From the NCBI GenBank assembly GCA_024709955.1, contig JANJVS010000172.1, forward strand, positions 33,314 through 97,313: DNA of 64,000 nt. Direction: 5' to 3'. Under the pieces are notes generated by a model. It searched no databases and had not been told where the DNA came from. It saw only the letters and a program-made list of their open reading frames with translations. Positions 44,390-56,538 of the stretch are shown here, in pieces. Numbering within the stretch: the stretch's first letter is position 1; each line of letters starts with the position of its first letter. The position numbers and the translations under genes were made by a program. The DNA comes from Rhodocyclaceae bacterium (GTDB lineage: Bacteria; Pseudomonadota; Gammaproteobacteria; Burkholderiales; Rhodocyclaceae).

Positions 44390-45121
44390 TTACCAGCTGG
44401 TGACGTCGTCGAGCGAAGGCTCGGCCTTGCCGGGCTTCGGCAACTGCTGGTCGATCTTGAGCGGGTTGTCGGCGCGCTCCAGTTCGTCCTCCCGGATCCT
44501 GAGCTTCGTCTTGCGTCGCGGCAGGTAGTGGTTCGCCGGATTGGTGCCCCACTCCGGCATGAGCTGATAGCCGCCCGCCTCGCGGATCGCCTTCGAGACT
44601 TCCGATTCGGGATCGTGGATGTCGCCGAACAGGCGCGCGCTGGTCGGACAGGCGCGCACGCAGGCGGGGCGCCGCTCCTCGGCCGTCATCGTCGTGTCGT
44701 AGATGCGATCGACGCAGAGCGTGCACTTCTTCATCACCTTCTGGTGCTCGTCGATCTCGCGCGCGCCGTAAGGGCAGGCCCACGAGCAGTACTTGCAGCC
44801 GATGCACTTGTCGTAGTCGACGAGGACGATGCCGTCCTCCTTGCGCTTGTACGACGCGCCTGTCGGGCACACCGGCACGCAGGGCGGCTCCTCGCAGTGC
44901 AGGCAGGACTTCGGGAAATGCACTGTCTCCGTGTTCGGGAATTCGCCGACCTCGAAGGTCTGCACGCGGTTGAAGAAGGTGCCGGTCGGGTCCTTGCCAT
45001 AGGGGTTCTGGTCCACCAGCGGGCCGGCCTCGCCGGAGGTGTTCCATTCCTTGCAGTTGGTCACGCAGGCGTGGCAGCCGACGCAGACGTTGAGGTCGAT
45101 AACGAGAGCGAGCTGGGTCAT
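44390..45121 (-). CDS. soeB: Sulfite dehydrogenase Fe-S subunit
   Basis: CVGCHACVTNC, CLHCEEPPCVPVC, CIGCKYCSWACPY, KCTLC..C..AC; four clusters. Confidence 0.93.
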   Translation of the reverse strand: MTQLALVIDLNVCVGCHACVTNCKEWNTSGEAGPLVDQNPYGKDPTGTFFNRVQTFEVGEFPNTETVHFPKSCLHCEEPPCVPVCPTGASYKRKEDGIVLVDYDKCIGCKYCSWACPYGAREIDEHQKVMKKCTLCVDRIYDTTMTAEERRPACVRACPTSARLFGDIHDPESEVSKAIREAGGYQLMPEWGTNPANHYLPRRKTKLRIREDELERADNPLKIDQQLPKPGKAEPSLDDVTSW

Positions 45122-47988
45122 TTCTTCGCTCCCGCGAAATAATTCCAGATCGACTTGCGTTCGGTCTGGCCTGGATAGGGCTTGAGGGGCGCAAATTGCG
45201 GTTCCGTCACCGTCTCGCCAGCGCCGACTTCTGCCTTGTAGATGCGCACGCGCACGTCGTACCACGCGGCCTGGCCGGTGATCGGGTCGGAGTTCGACAC
45301 GCGCCTATCGACGCCGCGCTCGCAGGCGGGCAGCTCCTCTGAAATCAGATGATTGAGCAGGAAGCCCTGCTGCGACTCGTTGGCATCCGGCGTCAGGCCC
45401 CAGGCACCGGCAGCCTTGCCAATGGCATTCCAGGTCCACACCGTCCCCGGCTCGACCGCCTCGGAATGCTTCGCCATGCACTTGACCTTGCCCCACTGCG
45501 ACTCCACCCAGATCCAGTCGCCGTCCTCGATGCCATTCACGCGCGCCGTATGCGCATTCACGTAAAGCAGGTTATGGGCATGGATCTGCCGCAGCCAGGC
45601 GTTCTGTGAATCCCAGGAGTGGTACATCGCCATCGGCCGCTGCGTGATCGCCGCGAGCGGATACTTGTGCTTGTCGCTGACCTGCGCTTCCAGAGTGTCG
45701 TAATAGAACGGCAGCGGATCGAAGAAGGTCTCGACGCGCTTGGCCAGATGGGCCGGCGGCTTGCGCGAGAAGCCCTTGCCCTGCGCCGCCTGGCGAAAAC
45801 GCATCAGCACTTCCGAGTAGATATTGATGAGGATCGGTTCCGCGTAGCGCGTGATGCGGTTGCGCTGGCTCCATTCGAGATAGCCCTGGTTCCAGTTGCG
45901 CATGTACTGGTAGCTCTTCGGCAGCTCGTAGTGGAAGACGCAGTTGTTCTTCGCGTACATCTCCCACTGGTTCGGGTTCGGCTCGCCGCGCAGCGACTTC
46001 TCGCCGCCTTTGCCGCGCCAGCCGGCGAGGAAGCCGATGCCGGACCCCGGTTCGGTCTCGTAGTTGACGATGAAGTCGGGATAGTCGCGGTACTTGCGCT
46101 GGCCGTCCTTGGTGGTGAAAGCCGGCAGCTTGAGGCGCGAGCCGAGCTCGATGAGCACCTCCTGGAACGGCTTGCACTCGCCGGTCGGCGGCACGACGGG
46201 AATGCGCACCGAATCCACTGGGCCGTCGAACTCGGAGATCGGCCGGTCGAGGATCGACATCACGTCGTGGCGCTCGAGGTAGGTCGTGTCCGGCAGAATC
46301 AGGTCGGCGAAGGCCGTCATCTCGGACTGGAAGGCGTCGGCCACAACGATGAACGGAATCTTGTACTCGCCGTTCTCGTCCTTGTCGTTGAGCATTTTCC
46401 GCACCTCGACGGCGTTCATCGTCGAGTTCCAGGCCATGTTGGCCATGAAGATCAACAGCGTGTCGATCTTGTAGGGATCGCCACGCCAGGCGTTGGTGAT
46501 GGCGTTGTGCATCAGGCCATGCACCGACAGCGGATACTCCCAGGAGAAGCCCTTGTCGAGGCGCACCGGCCCGCCGTTTTCATCGACGAACAGGTCGTCG
46601 GGATCGGCCGGCCAACCAAGCGCCATGCCGTCGAGCGGTTTGTTCGGCTGCACGGCGTTCGGATGGTTCGGCGTGCGCGCGCAAGGCGGAATCGGCCGCG
46701 GGAACGGCACCTTGTGACGGAAGCCGCCGGGACGGTCGATGGTGCCGAGCAGAGACATCAGGATGGCGAGCGCACGGATGGTCTGGAAACCGTTCGAGTG
46801 CGCCGCGAGACCACGCATGGCGTGGAAGGCAACCGGATTGCCGGTGACGGTATCGTGCTCCTTGCCCCAGCTGTCGGTCCAGGCGATCGGCAATTCGATG
46901 CGCTGGTCGCGCGCGGTGACGCCCATCTCGTAAGCGAGGCGTCGGATGGTATCGGCGGGAATGCCGGTGACGCCTTCGGCCCATTCGGGCGTGTAGTCCT
47001 TGACACGCTCATAGAGCAACTGGAACGAGGGCTTGACCGGCGTGCCGTTGAGCTTGAACTCGCCGAGCAGGCAGGGATCGACGCCCTCGGCGTGCGTCAC
47101 CACCGGCTTGTTGGTCTTGCGGTCCCACCACAACTTGTCCTGCGGGTCGTAGCAGGCCTCTTCCTCCGGCACCTCGGTGCGCAGGAACATGCCGAACTCG
47201 TCGCTGGCCTCGTCGCAGTTCACCAGCTCGCCGGCGTTCGAATACTGGACGAGGAAATCGCGGTCGTAGAGGCCCTTCTGGATGATCTCGTGGATCACCG
47301 CCAGCAGGAAGGCGCCGTCGGTACCCGGGCGGATCGGCACCCATTCGTCGGCGATCGCCGAGTAGCCGGTGCGCACCGGATTGATCGAGACGAAGCGGCC
47401 GCCGTCGCGCTTGAACTTGGACAGCGCGATCTTCAACGGGTTGGAGTGATGGTCCTCGGCCGTGCCGATCATCACGAACAGCTTGGCGCGATCGAGGTCG
47501 GGGCCGCCGAACTCCCAGAACGAGCCACCGATCGTGTAGATCATGCCGGCCGCCATGTTCACCGAGCAAAAGCCGCCATGCGCCGCGTAGTTGGGCGTGC
47601 CGAACTGACGCGCGAACATGCCGGTGAGCGCTTGCATCTGGTCGCGGCCAGTGAATAGCGCGAACTTCTTCGGATCGGTCGCGCGAATCTTGCCGAGCCG
47701 TTCGGCCAGCGTGGAGAAGGCCTCTTCCCAGGAGATCGGCTCGAACTCGCCGGCGCCGCGCTCAGCGCCCGCCTTGCGCTTGAGCGGTCGCGTCAGGCGT
47801 GCCGGCGAATACTGCTTCATGATGCCGGACGAGCCCTTGGCGCAGATCACGCCCTTGTTGAGCGGATGATCCGGGTTGCCGTCGATGTAGCGCACCTCGC
47901 CGTCACGCAGGTGCACACGAATGCCGCAACGACAGGCGCACATGTAGCAGGTCGTGTTTTTGACTTCCTGCACGGATTGTTGTGTCAT
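45118..47988 (-). CDS. soeA: Quinone-dependent sulfite dehydrogenase molybdopterin subunit
   Basis: TTCYMCACRCG N-terminal Fe-S motif, no Tat signal, YAAHGGFCSVNMAAG, MYHSWDSQNAWLRQI; ABC layout next to tusA/dsrE2. Confidence 0.92.
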   Translation of the reverse strand: MTQQSVQEVKNTTCYMCACRCGIRVHLRDGEVRYIDGNPDHPLNKGVICAKGSSGIMKQYSPARLTRPLKRKAGAERGAGEFEPISWEEAFSTLAERLGKIRATDPKKFALFTGRDQMQALTGMFARQFGTPNYAAHGGFCSVNMAAGMIYTIGGSFWEFGGPDLDRAKLFVMIGTAEDHHSNPLKIALSKFKRDGGRFVSINPVRTGYSAIADEWVPIRPGTDGAFLLAVIHEIIQKGLYDRDFLVQYSNAGELVNCDEASDEFGMFLRTEVPEEEACYDPQDKLWWDRKTNKPVVTHAEGVDPCLLGEFKLNGTPVKPSFQLLYERVKDYTPEWAEGVTGIPADTIRRLAYEMGVTARDQRIELPIAWTDSWGKEHDTVTGNPVAFHAMRGLAAHSNGFQTIRALAILMSLLGTIDRPGGFRHKVPFPRPIPPCARTPNHPNAVQPNKPLDGMALGWPADPDDLFVDENGGPVRLDKGFSWEYPLSVHGLMHNAITNAWRGDPYKIDTLLIFMANMAWNSTMNAVEVRKMLNDKDENGEYKIPFIVVADAFQSEMTAFADLILPDTTYLERHDVMSILDRPISEFDGPVDSVRIPVVPPTGECKPFQEVLIELGSRLKLPAFTTKDGQRKYRDYPDFIVNYETEPGSGIGFLAGWRGKGGEKSLRGEPNPNQWEMYAKNNCVFHYELPKSYQYMRNWNQGYLEWSQRNRITRYAEPILINIYSEVLMRFRQAAQGKGFSRKPPAHLAKRVETFFDPLPFYYDTLEAQVSDKHKYPLAAITQRPMAMYHSWDSQNAWLRQIHAHNLLYVNAHTARVNGIEDGDWIWVESQWGKVKCMAKHSEAVEPGTVWTWNAIGKAAGAWGLTPDANESQQGFLLNHLISEELPACERGVDRRVSNSDPITGQAAWYDVRVRIYKAEVGAGETVTEPQFAPLKPYPGQTERKSIWNYFAGAKK

Positions 47989-48105
47989 TCTCTGCGGGTC
48001 CCTCAGTTGGTTTATTAGAGTTTTGTTATATTCTTGCAGTCTCACTTCCTTGTCACAAGGGAGTAATTTTTATTTACCGATAAACAGTTACCGACAGGAG
48101 CAGCC

Positions 48106-48522
48106 ATGGCGCGCCCCATTCCAAAATTCAGCGAACGAGAACGCAACCTCGTCAGCCAAACCCTCGTCGAACGCTTCGGCAAGGCAATTCCCCTCCAGGC
48201 CATCGAAGCGGAAATCCAGCTCGACCTGCTGAAGGAAGAGCTCACGCCATGTCCCGCACTCACATGGCAGGAAGGCGTCTGCAGCTTTGTCATTTTCAAG
48301 ACCGGCGACAGCCGTTTCCGCTGCCAGTTTTACTACACCGATGCGGAACAGTTCGGCACCGGCCAGTTGGAATATGACAATCTGGGCGACTGTGCGGTCG
48401 AGCTGCTGCAAATCCAGGCCAATCACGAAGCCGAACGGATTAAGATACTCCGGGGGATCAACGCGGTCGACTTCTCCAAGGCCAACGATGGCGAGGACTA
48501 CCACGCCCCCCTCATCATATAA
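48106..48522 (+). CDS. Hypothetical protein divergent from soeA
   Basis: AGGAG RBS; protein-like ORF with CPALTW, FVIFKTG, FRCQFYY, QFGTG..YDNLGDC. Confidence 0.8.
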   Translation: MARPIPKFSERERNLVSQTLVERFGKAIPLQAIEAEIQLDLLKEELTPCPALTWQEGVCSFVIFKTGDSRFRCQFYYTDAEQFGTGQLEYDNLGDCAVELLQIQANHEAERIKILRGINAVDFSKANDGEDYHAPLII

Positions 48523-48603
48523 ATGCCCCACCCACGCTAACTTTCGTTCGCTGCCCCCCCACGGGGGGCGCATATTTTCTTGGGACGGCCCTGCAAAAAT
48601 ATG
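48523..48603 (+). repeat. Intergenic palindromic repeat, copy 3
   Basis: CCACCCACGC..TCGCTGCCCCCCCACGGGGGGCG-CATATTTT-C-TTGGGACGGCCCTGC-A-AAAATATG. Confidence 0.8.
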
Positions 48604-49116
48604 AAAATCTGCATCGTTTCCGACAGCCACGACCGCGGTCCGCTGCTGGCCACCGCCATCGAGATCGCCAAGGCGGAAGGCGCCGAGGCAGTCATCCATT
48701 GTGGCGACCTGATCGGCACCAATACGCTAAAGGCCTCGCTCAAGCTCGGATTGCCTATCCATGCCGTGCATGGCAACAATCTCGGCGATCCCGTCGCCAT
48801 CGCCCGGCTCGCCTGCCACTCGGAAGGTCTGCTGCACTACCACGGCAACGATGCCGGCATCGAGTTGGGGGAGCGGCGGATTTTCATCACCCACTATCCG
48901 CACATCGGCAGGGCCTTCGCCTGCACGGGCGACTTCGATCTGGTCTGTTGCGGACACAGCCATGTGCCGAAAATACAGCAGGAACCCAACGTCAGAGGCG
49001 GAACGACCTGGCTGGTCAATCCGGGGACAGTTGCCGGACTGGGCGCCCCGGAGGCCACCTGGATCATGGCCAACCTGGCGGAACTGGATTTCGACATTCG
49101 CGTCCTGCCGCGATAG
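48601..49116 (+). CDS. Metallophosphoesterase (YfcE/MJ0936-like)
   Basis: VSDSHD, HCGD, VHGNN, THYP, CCGHSH, NPGT. Confidence 0.92.
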   Translation: MKICIVSDSHDRGPLLATAIEIAKAEGAEAVIHCGDLIGTNTLKASLKLGLPIHAVHGNNLGDPVAIARLACHSEGLLHYHGNDAGIELGERRIFITHYPHIGRAFACTGDFDLVCCGHSHVPKIQQEPNVRGGTTWLVNPGTVAGLGAPEATWIMANLAELDFDIRVLPR

Positions 49117-49180
49117 AGAGCGCCATCGCCTGTCACGGTGCGACTCACCGTCCCGTCAGCGCCGATTATTCCAAACCACC

Positions 49181-49213
49181 AAAAGAAAACAGCCGCCCGA
49201 GGGCGGCTGTTTC
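49181..49213. terminator. Terminator after the porin (possibly bidirectional)
   Basis: AAACAGCCGCCC-GA-GGGCGGCTGTTT with A/T flanks. Confidence 0.85.
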
Positions 49214-49236
49214 AACTTCGGATCGACAGGAGTCGA

Positions 49237-50295
49237 TTAGAAGGTGTGACGCAGGCCCAGGGCGAACTGGCTTTCCTTGCCGCCGAAGTTGGCGGAGGTG
49301 CCCAGGTTGGTCAGGCCATAGTTCAGGCCATTGCTGTTGGTGACGCGGCTGTAACCGGCATAGGCGGTGGTGCGCTTGGAGAAAGCGTACTGGTAATCGA
49401 CACCCCAGGACTTGGCGCGGTCGCTGCCAGCACCAGCGTCGTCGGACAGGCGGGCGTAGGAAACGCCGACGCTGCCGTTGGCGCCAGCGCCGAAGCGGGC
49501 ACCGATGTTCCACAGCTTGGCATCAACAACGTTCGCGCCACCGATGTCGGTGTCCTGAGTCTGGTAGGAAGCGAACAGCTTGCCCATGCCGAAGTTGTAG
49601 TTCACGCCGATGGCGTTTTCGGTCTGGTCGTTGCCGCCGACACCAGCCAGGTCGTTAACATTGTGGTGGGTGAAACCAACCGACAGGGGGCCCATGTCGT
49701 AGTCGACCGACAGAGCGAAGATGTCCTGCGGGTTGACGCCGCCGGTCTTGACGTTCTCGCCGCCGGTACCGAAGGCGAAGGCGCCGACCACGGTGAAGCC
49801 GCTCATGTTCGGGGAAACATAGGCGATGGCGTTGTCCTGGCGAGCCAGGGCGTCACGACCGGAGATGGACATGCCGGAGTTGTCGGTCAGCTGGCCGACG
49901 GGCGAGAAGATCGAGGCGCCGTGGGCGTCATACTTCACACCGAAGTTGTAGCCCGGGGTCTGCAGGCGACCAACGACGGCGGTACCGAAACCACCGGTCA
50001 GGCCGACGAAGGATTGACGCGCGGTGCCGGTCCAGCTGGCGGCGCCAACGTCGGAGGCCAGAGCGTACTCGAGAGTGTAAACAGCGCTCAGGCCGTTGCC
50101 GAGGGCTTCGACGCCCTTGAAGCCGACGCGGGAGCCGGACAGGCCGCCAGCGTTGAACACGTTGACGCTGTTGCCGTTGCCGCTGCCATGGGCGTAGTAG
50201 TGATCAACGACACCGTAGATGGTGACGTTCGACTGCGCGAAGGCGGCGCCGGAAACGAGGCCAGCGACGGCCAGGGCGATGATTTTCTTTTGCAT
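49237..50295 (-). CDS. General diffusion porin (betaproteobacterial type)
   Basis: MQKKIIALAVAGLVSGAAFAQSNVTIYG, SRVGFKGVEALG, LSKRT-like FSKRTTAY, terminal LRHTF. Confidence 0.95.
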   Translation of the reverse strand: MQKKIIALAVAGLVSGAAFAQSNVTIYGVVDHYYAHGSGNGNSVNVFNAGGLSGSRVGFKGVEALGNGLSAVYTLEYALASDVGAASWTGTARQSFVGLTGGFGTAVVGRLQTPGYNFGVKYDAHGASIFSPVGQLTDNSGMSISGRDALARQDNAIAYVSPNMSGFTVVGAFAFGTGGENVKTGGVNPQDIFALSVDYDMGPLSVGFTHHNVNDLAGVGGNDQTENAIGVNYNFGMGKLFASYQTQDTDIGGANVVDAKLWNIGARFGAGANGSVGVSYARLSDDAGAGSDRAKSWGVDYQYAFSKRTTAYAGYSRVTNSNGLNYGLTNLGTSANFGGKESQFALGLRHTF

Positions 50296-50514
50296 GCTTG
50301 AATCTCCTTTACGTTTGAAGATTGCGGTTTCAATGACTCCACGTGGTTGGCCACTGGTCCCGCAGCTAACTCCCGCTTGGAAGCTGCCGCCATTCTCGCA
50401 AAAGCCGCATGGATCAACATGGGCAATCACGGTTTTGAGCGAGTCGATGCAGCCGGATGTAGGTTTTTTGCAACGGCAAGCCGGGCCGATTTCCTGCCCG
50501 TCCGCCGCCGTGCC

Positions 50515-52715
<2,201 letters not shown>

Positions 52716-52722
52716 TCAAATG

Positions 52723-52752
52723 AAAAAAGCCCCGTCCATCAGGACAGGGCTT
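52723..52752 (-). terminator. Terminator after rpmA
   Basis: AAGCCC(C)GTCC-ATCA-GGAC(A)GGGCTT with a T-run on the minus strand. Confidence 0.7.
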
Positions 52753-52773
52753 CGATCTGCAACCCGGCCAAAA

Positions 52774-53034
52774 TCAGGCAGCCGGGACGATCGTCACATA
52801 CTTGCGCTGCGCCGCGCCCCTGACGAGAAACTGGACGGTGCCGGTGATCTTCGCGAACAGCGTGTGATCCTTGCCGATGCCGACATTGTCGCCGGGATGG
52901 AACTGCGTGCCGCGCTGACGCACGATGATGCTGCCGGCCGAGACCAATTGACCGCCGTAACGCTTGACGCCCAGGCGTTTCGACTCCGAGTCGCGGCCGT
53001 TGCGGGAACTGCCGCCTGCTTTTTTATGTGCCAT
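52774..53034 (-). CDS. rpmA: 50S ribosomal protein L27
   Basis: [22 protein letters not shown]. Confidence 0.99.
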   Translation of the reverse strand: MAHKKAGGSSRNGRDSESKRLGVKRYGGQLVSAGSIIVRQRGTQFHPGDNVGIGKDHTLFAKITGTVQFLVRGAAQRKYVTIVPAA

Positions 53035-53054
53035 TGAAAGCTCCTAATCCGAAA

Positions 53055-53366
53055 TCAGGCCTTGATGCCGCTGATTTCCAGTTCGGTATAGTTCTGCCGG
53101 TGTCCCTGATGCTTCTGGTAGTGCTTGCGACGCCGCATCTTGAAAATCTTCACCTTGGGATGACGGCCTTGCGAAATAACCTTGGCGGTCACGGTGGCGC
53201 CAGCCAGCACGGGGGTCCCGATCTTCACGGAATCGCCTTCGCCGACCATCAACACCTGGTCCAGGGAAATTTCGGTGCCCACATCTGCCGGTATCTGTTC
53301 TACTTTGATTTTTTCGCCCGCGGCAACGCGATACTGCTTGCCGCCGGTTTTTATGACCGCATACAT
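53055..53366 (-). CDS. rplU: 50S ribosomal protein L21
   Basis: [21 protein letters not shown]. Confidence 0.99.
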   Translation of the reverse strand: MYAVIKTGGKQYRVAAGEKIKVEQIPADVGTEISLDQVLMVGEGDSVKIGTPVLAGATVTAKVISQGRHPKVKIFKMRRRKHYQKHQGHRQNYTELEISGIKA

Positions 53367-53504
53367 GTGTCGGACTCCAAAAAGTATTACCAAAGAACCG
53401 GCTATGATAATGGCCGCCACCGCCTTAGTCAATAAGCACGATGATTCATTGACGGGCAATCTTTCGAAACCTACCATCGCGATCCCGCTTTCGGAAGCTC
53501 GACC

Positions 53505-54473
53505 TTGAACCTCCCCGCCATTTATTCCCTGATCGCCGAGGATATGCAGGCGGTCGACGCGGTCATCCGCGCACGCCTCCACTCCGACGTTCCCCTCGTG
53601 CGACAAGTCGCCGAATACATCATCGCCGGCGGCGGCAAGCGCATGCGGCCAGCGCTGCTGCTGCTGGCTGCCGGCGCCGTTTCCTATCGGGCGAGCCACC
53701 ACCATGAACTCGCGGCGGTGGTCGAGTTCATCCATACCGCCACCCTGCTTCACGACGACGTGGTGGATGAGTCGGCCTTGCGCCGGGGACGAGAAACGGC
53801 CAACGCCGCCTTTGGCAACGCGGCCAGCGTCCTCGTCGGAGACTTTCTCTACTCGCGGGCATTCCAGATGATGGTGGGCATCGGCAACATGCGCGTGATG
53901 CAGGTGCTCGCCGATGCGACCAACATCATTGCCGAGGGAGAGGTTCTCCAGCTGATGAACTGCCATAACGCGGATGTCGGCGTGGAGGACTACCTGCGTG
54001 TCGTGCGCTACAAGACCGCGAAACTATTCGAAGCCGCCGCGCGCCTGGGCGCCATTCTGGGCGACAGTTCGGCCGGGGTGGAGGCAGGCCTGGCGAACTA
54101 CGGCATGCATCTGGGCACGGCGTTCCAGATCGTCGATGACGTTCTGGACTATTCGGGCGAAACGGACGAAATCGGCAAAAGCCTCGGCGATGACCTGGCC
54201 GAAGGCAAGCCGACCCTGCCGCTGATCCACGTCATGCGGACCGGCCAGCCAGGCCAGGCCGCGTTGGTGCGCTGCGCCCTCGAACAGGGAGGACGCGAGT
54301 CCTTCGCCGAAATCATCGAGGCGGTGAAGGCCACCGGCGCGCTCGAGGCCGCCATGCGCGTGGCGCGAAACGAGGCGGACAAGGCGAGAATCGCGCTGGA
54401 TGCATTACCGCACACCCAATATCGCGAGGCTCTGATACAATTGTCGGACTTTGCAGTGACCCGGCGCTATTGA
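53505..54473 (+). CDS. ispB: Octaprenyl diphosphate synthase
   Basis: [39 protein letters not shown]; divergent from rplU. Confidence 0.96.
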   Translation: MNLPAIYSLIAEDMQAVDAVIRARLHSDVPLVRQVAEYIIAGGGKRMRPALLLLAAGAVSYRASHHHELAAVVEFIHTATLLHDDVVDESALRRGRETANAAFGNAASVLVGDFLYSRAFQMMVGIGNMRVMQVLADATNIIAEGEVLQLMNCHNADVGVEDYLRVVRYKTAKLFEAAARLGAILGDSSAGVEAGLANYGMHLGTAFQIVDDVLDYSGETDEIGKSLGDDLAEGKPTLPLIHVMRTGQPGQAALVRCALEQGGRESFAEIIEAVKATGALEAAMRVARNEADKARIALDALPHTQYREALIQLSDFAVTRRY

Positions 54474-54524
54474 GCGGGAAATTGCAAAGTTCGGCTTGCG
54501 ACAAAACGTCGTCGGCCAACAGTT

Positions 54525-54601
<77 letters not shown>

Positions 54602-54692
54602 ATCATCTTTTAGTGATCGCGAACACTGGCGACGTGCGGAAGGATCCATTCCCGCGCGGGCTTCCGGTCAAAAAAGGAAGCGAAAGACGGAA

Positions 54693-54917
54693 GTGTTGAA
54701 GGCAATTCTGTTGATCTTCGCCCTTGTCCTGGCCTATTGGTATTTCTTGGGTCGGCAAAAAAACAAGGGGGGCGCCGCTTCCGCTCCCCGGCCTCCTGCC
54801 CCGGAAAAAATGATGGTTTGCGCCTACTGCGGCTTGCACGTGCCGGAGAGCGAGTGCGTCACCGCATCCGGCCGCCATTACTGCAGCGATGAGCACCGCC
54901 GACTCGGCGCCCCCTGA
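54693..54917 (+). CDS. PP0621 family small membrane protein
   Basis: N-terminal TM segment; EKMMVCAYCGLHVPESE..YCSDEH. Confidence 0.85.
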   Translation: MLKAILLIFALVLAYWYFLGRQKNKGGAASAPRPPAPEKMMVCAYCGLHVPESECVTASGRHYCSDEHRRLGAP

Positions 54918-56538
54918 GCGCCCCGCTCCCCATGCCCGACGAACCGCGCTGGAAATTGCGCCGAACGAGTCGTTCTGGCGCTCGCTCAGGTTCTTTTCCT
55001 ATTACCGGCTGATTGTCGCCGGGGTATTTCTCGGCGCGATAGAACTGTCCGATGGCGCACTCAACATCGGCGCGCAGGACCCGCGGCTGTTCTATTGGAC
55101 CTGCGCCGCCTATCTGGCCGCCGCGGCCCTCAATCTCCTGCTGCAAGGCCAATGGCGACACGCCTTCAACCTCCAGCTCACGCTGCAGGTGGTTGCCGAC
55201 ATCTTCTTCCTCACGTTGCTGCTCTATGCCAGTGGCGGCGCCAAGAGCGGAATGGCGATGATGATGCTGGTGGTCCTGGTCGGCGCCGCCTTGGTCGGCC
55301 AGGGGCGCATGGTGCTGTTCTATGCGGCCTTGGCCACGGTATCCCTGTTGCTCGAACAGACCTATCGCGTCCTGGCGCATCACGGGGAGGTAAGCGACTT
55401 TTTCCGTACCGGCCTGACCAGCATCGGCTTCTTCGGATCGGCGATTGCCGCGCGCCTGCTGGCCAGCCGCGTGATCGCCAACGAGGAACTGGCGCGCAGG
55501 CGCGGTATCGAACTGGCCGACCAGATGCGCATCAACGAGCGCGTGATCCGCGACATGCAGGATGGCGTGCTGGTCATCGACGCCGCTGGCCGCGTGCGCC
55601 AGTCCAATCCTCAAGCCGCCATGCTGCTGGGGCTCGCCGCGCCGCCGGCCCCGGCCCTGGCTGCCTATTCCCCGACTCTGGCGCGGGAATTCCTGCAGCG
55701 GCGCACGCGCGCCGCTGAGTCGGACGTGCTGCTGCACATCCCGCAAAACGGCCGCCACCTGCGCGCGCGCTTCCTTCCGCCAGGGGAAGGCGGCAATGCC
55801 CTGATCTACCTTGAGGACATCGGCCGGCTGCAGCAGGAAGCCCAGCAGGTCAAGCTCGCCGCCCTCGGCCGCCTGACCGCGAACCTCGCTCACGAGATTC
55901 GCAATCCTCTGGCCGCCATCAGCCATGCGGCCGAACTGCTCGCCGACGACCCCGCGGGGCAAGGCACGGACCGCCTCACCAGGATCATCGGCGACAACAC
56001 GCAGCGACTCAACCGGCTGGTGGCGGAAGTCATGGAACTCGGGCAGCGCGACCGCGCCAGCCCGGAACGCATCGAGCTGACGGGATTCCTACGCCAGCTT
56101 GTCGAGGAAATGGCCCTGCAGGACACCAGCATCTCCACCCGTATCGCCGTCGAGATGCCCGCAGATTTCGCGCTCTGCTTCGACCGCGGACATTTGCATC
56201 GAGTGCTGTCCAACCTGCTGGGCAACGCGTTGCGCTACGCCACCCATGCTCCCGCCGCGATCTGCATCCTGGGGGAGCGGAGCAGACACGCAAACCACGC
56301 CGCCTTGCATATCATCGACGACGGGCAAGGCATCGATACCGCCGAGCGCAACCAGGTATTCGAACCTTTTTTCACCACCCGACCGACCGGCACTGGCCTG
56401 GGTCTCTACATCGCACGCGAGCTGTGCGAAGCCAATGGCGCCCGCCTGAGCCTGCTCGACAACGCCCCCGGCGCCCATTTCTGCATATCATTCACCCTGC
56501 TATGTCCAGATCCCCCTCCCGCACCGCAGACGACCTGA
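54889..56538 (+). CDS. pilS: Sensor histidine kinase PilS
   Basis: Multi-TM N-terminus, PAS-like region, LAHEIRNPL H-box, FFTT, GTGLGL. Confidence 0.92.
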   Translation: MSTADSAPPERPAPHARRTALEIAPNESFWRSLRFFSYYRLIVAGVFLGAIELSDGALNIGAQDPRLFYWTCAAYLAAAALNLLLQGQWRHAFNLQLTLQVVADIFFLTLLLYASGGAKSGMAMMMLVVLVGAALVGQGRMVLFYAALATVSLLLEQTYRVLAHHGEVSDFFRTGLTSIGFFGSAIAARLLASRVIANEELARRRGIELADQMRINERVIRDMQDGVLVIDAAGRVRQSNPQAAMLLGLAAPPAPALAAYSPTLAREFLQRRTRAAESDVLLHIPQNGRHLRARFLPPGEGGNALIYLEDIGRLQQEAQQVKLAALGRLTANLAHEIRNPLAAISHAAELLADDPAGQGTDRLTRIIGDNTQRLNRLVAEVMELGQRDRASPERIELTGFLRQLVEEMALQDTSISTRIAVEMPADFALCFDRGHLHRVLSNLLGNALRYATHAPAAICILGERSRHANHAALHIIDDGQGIDTAERNQVFEPFFTTRPTGTGLGLYIARELCEANGARLSLLDNAPGAHFCISFTLLCPDPPPAPQTT

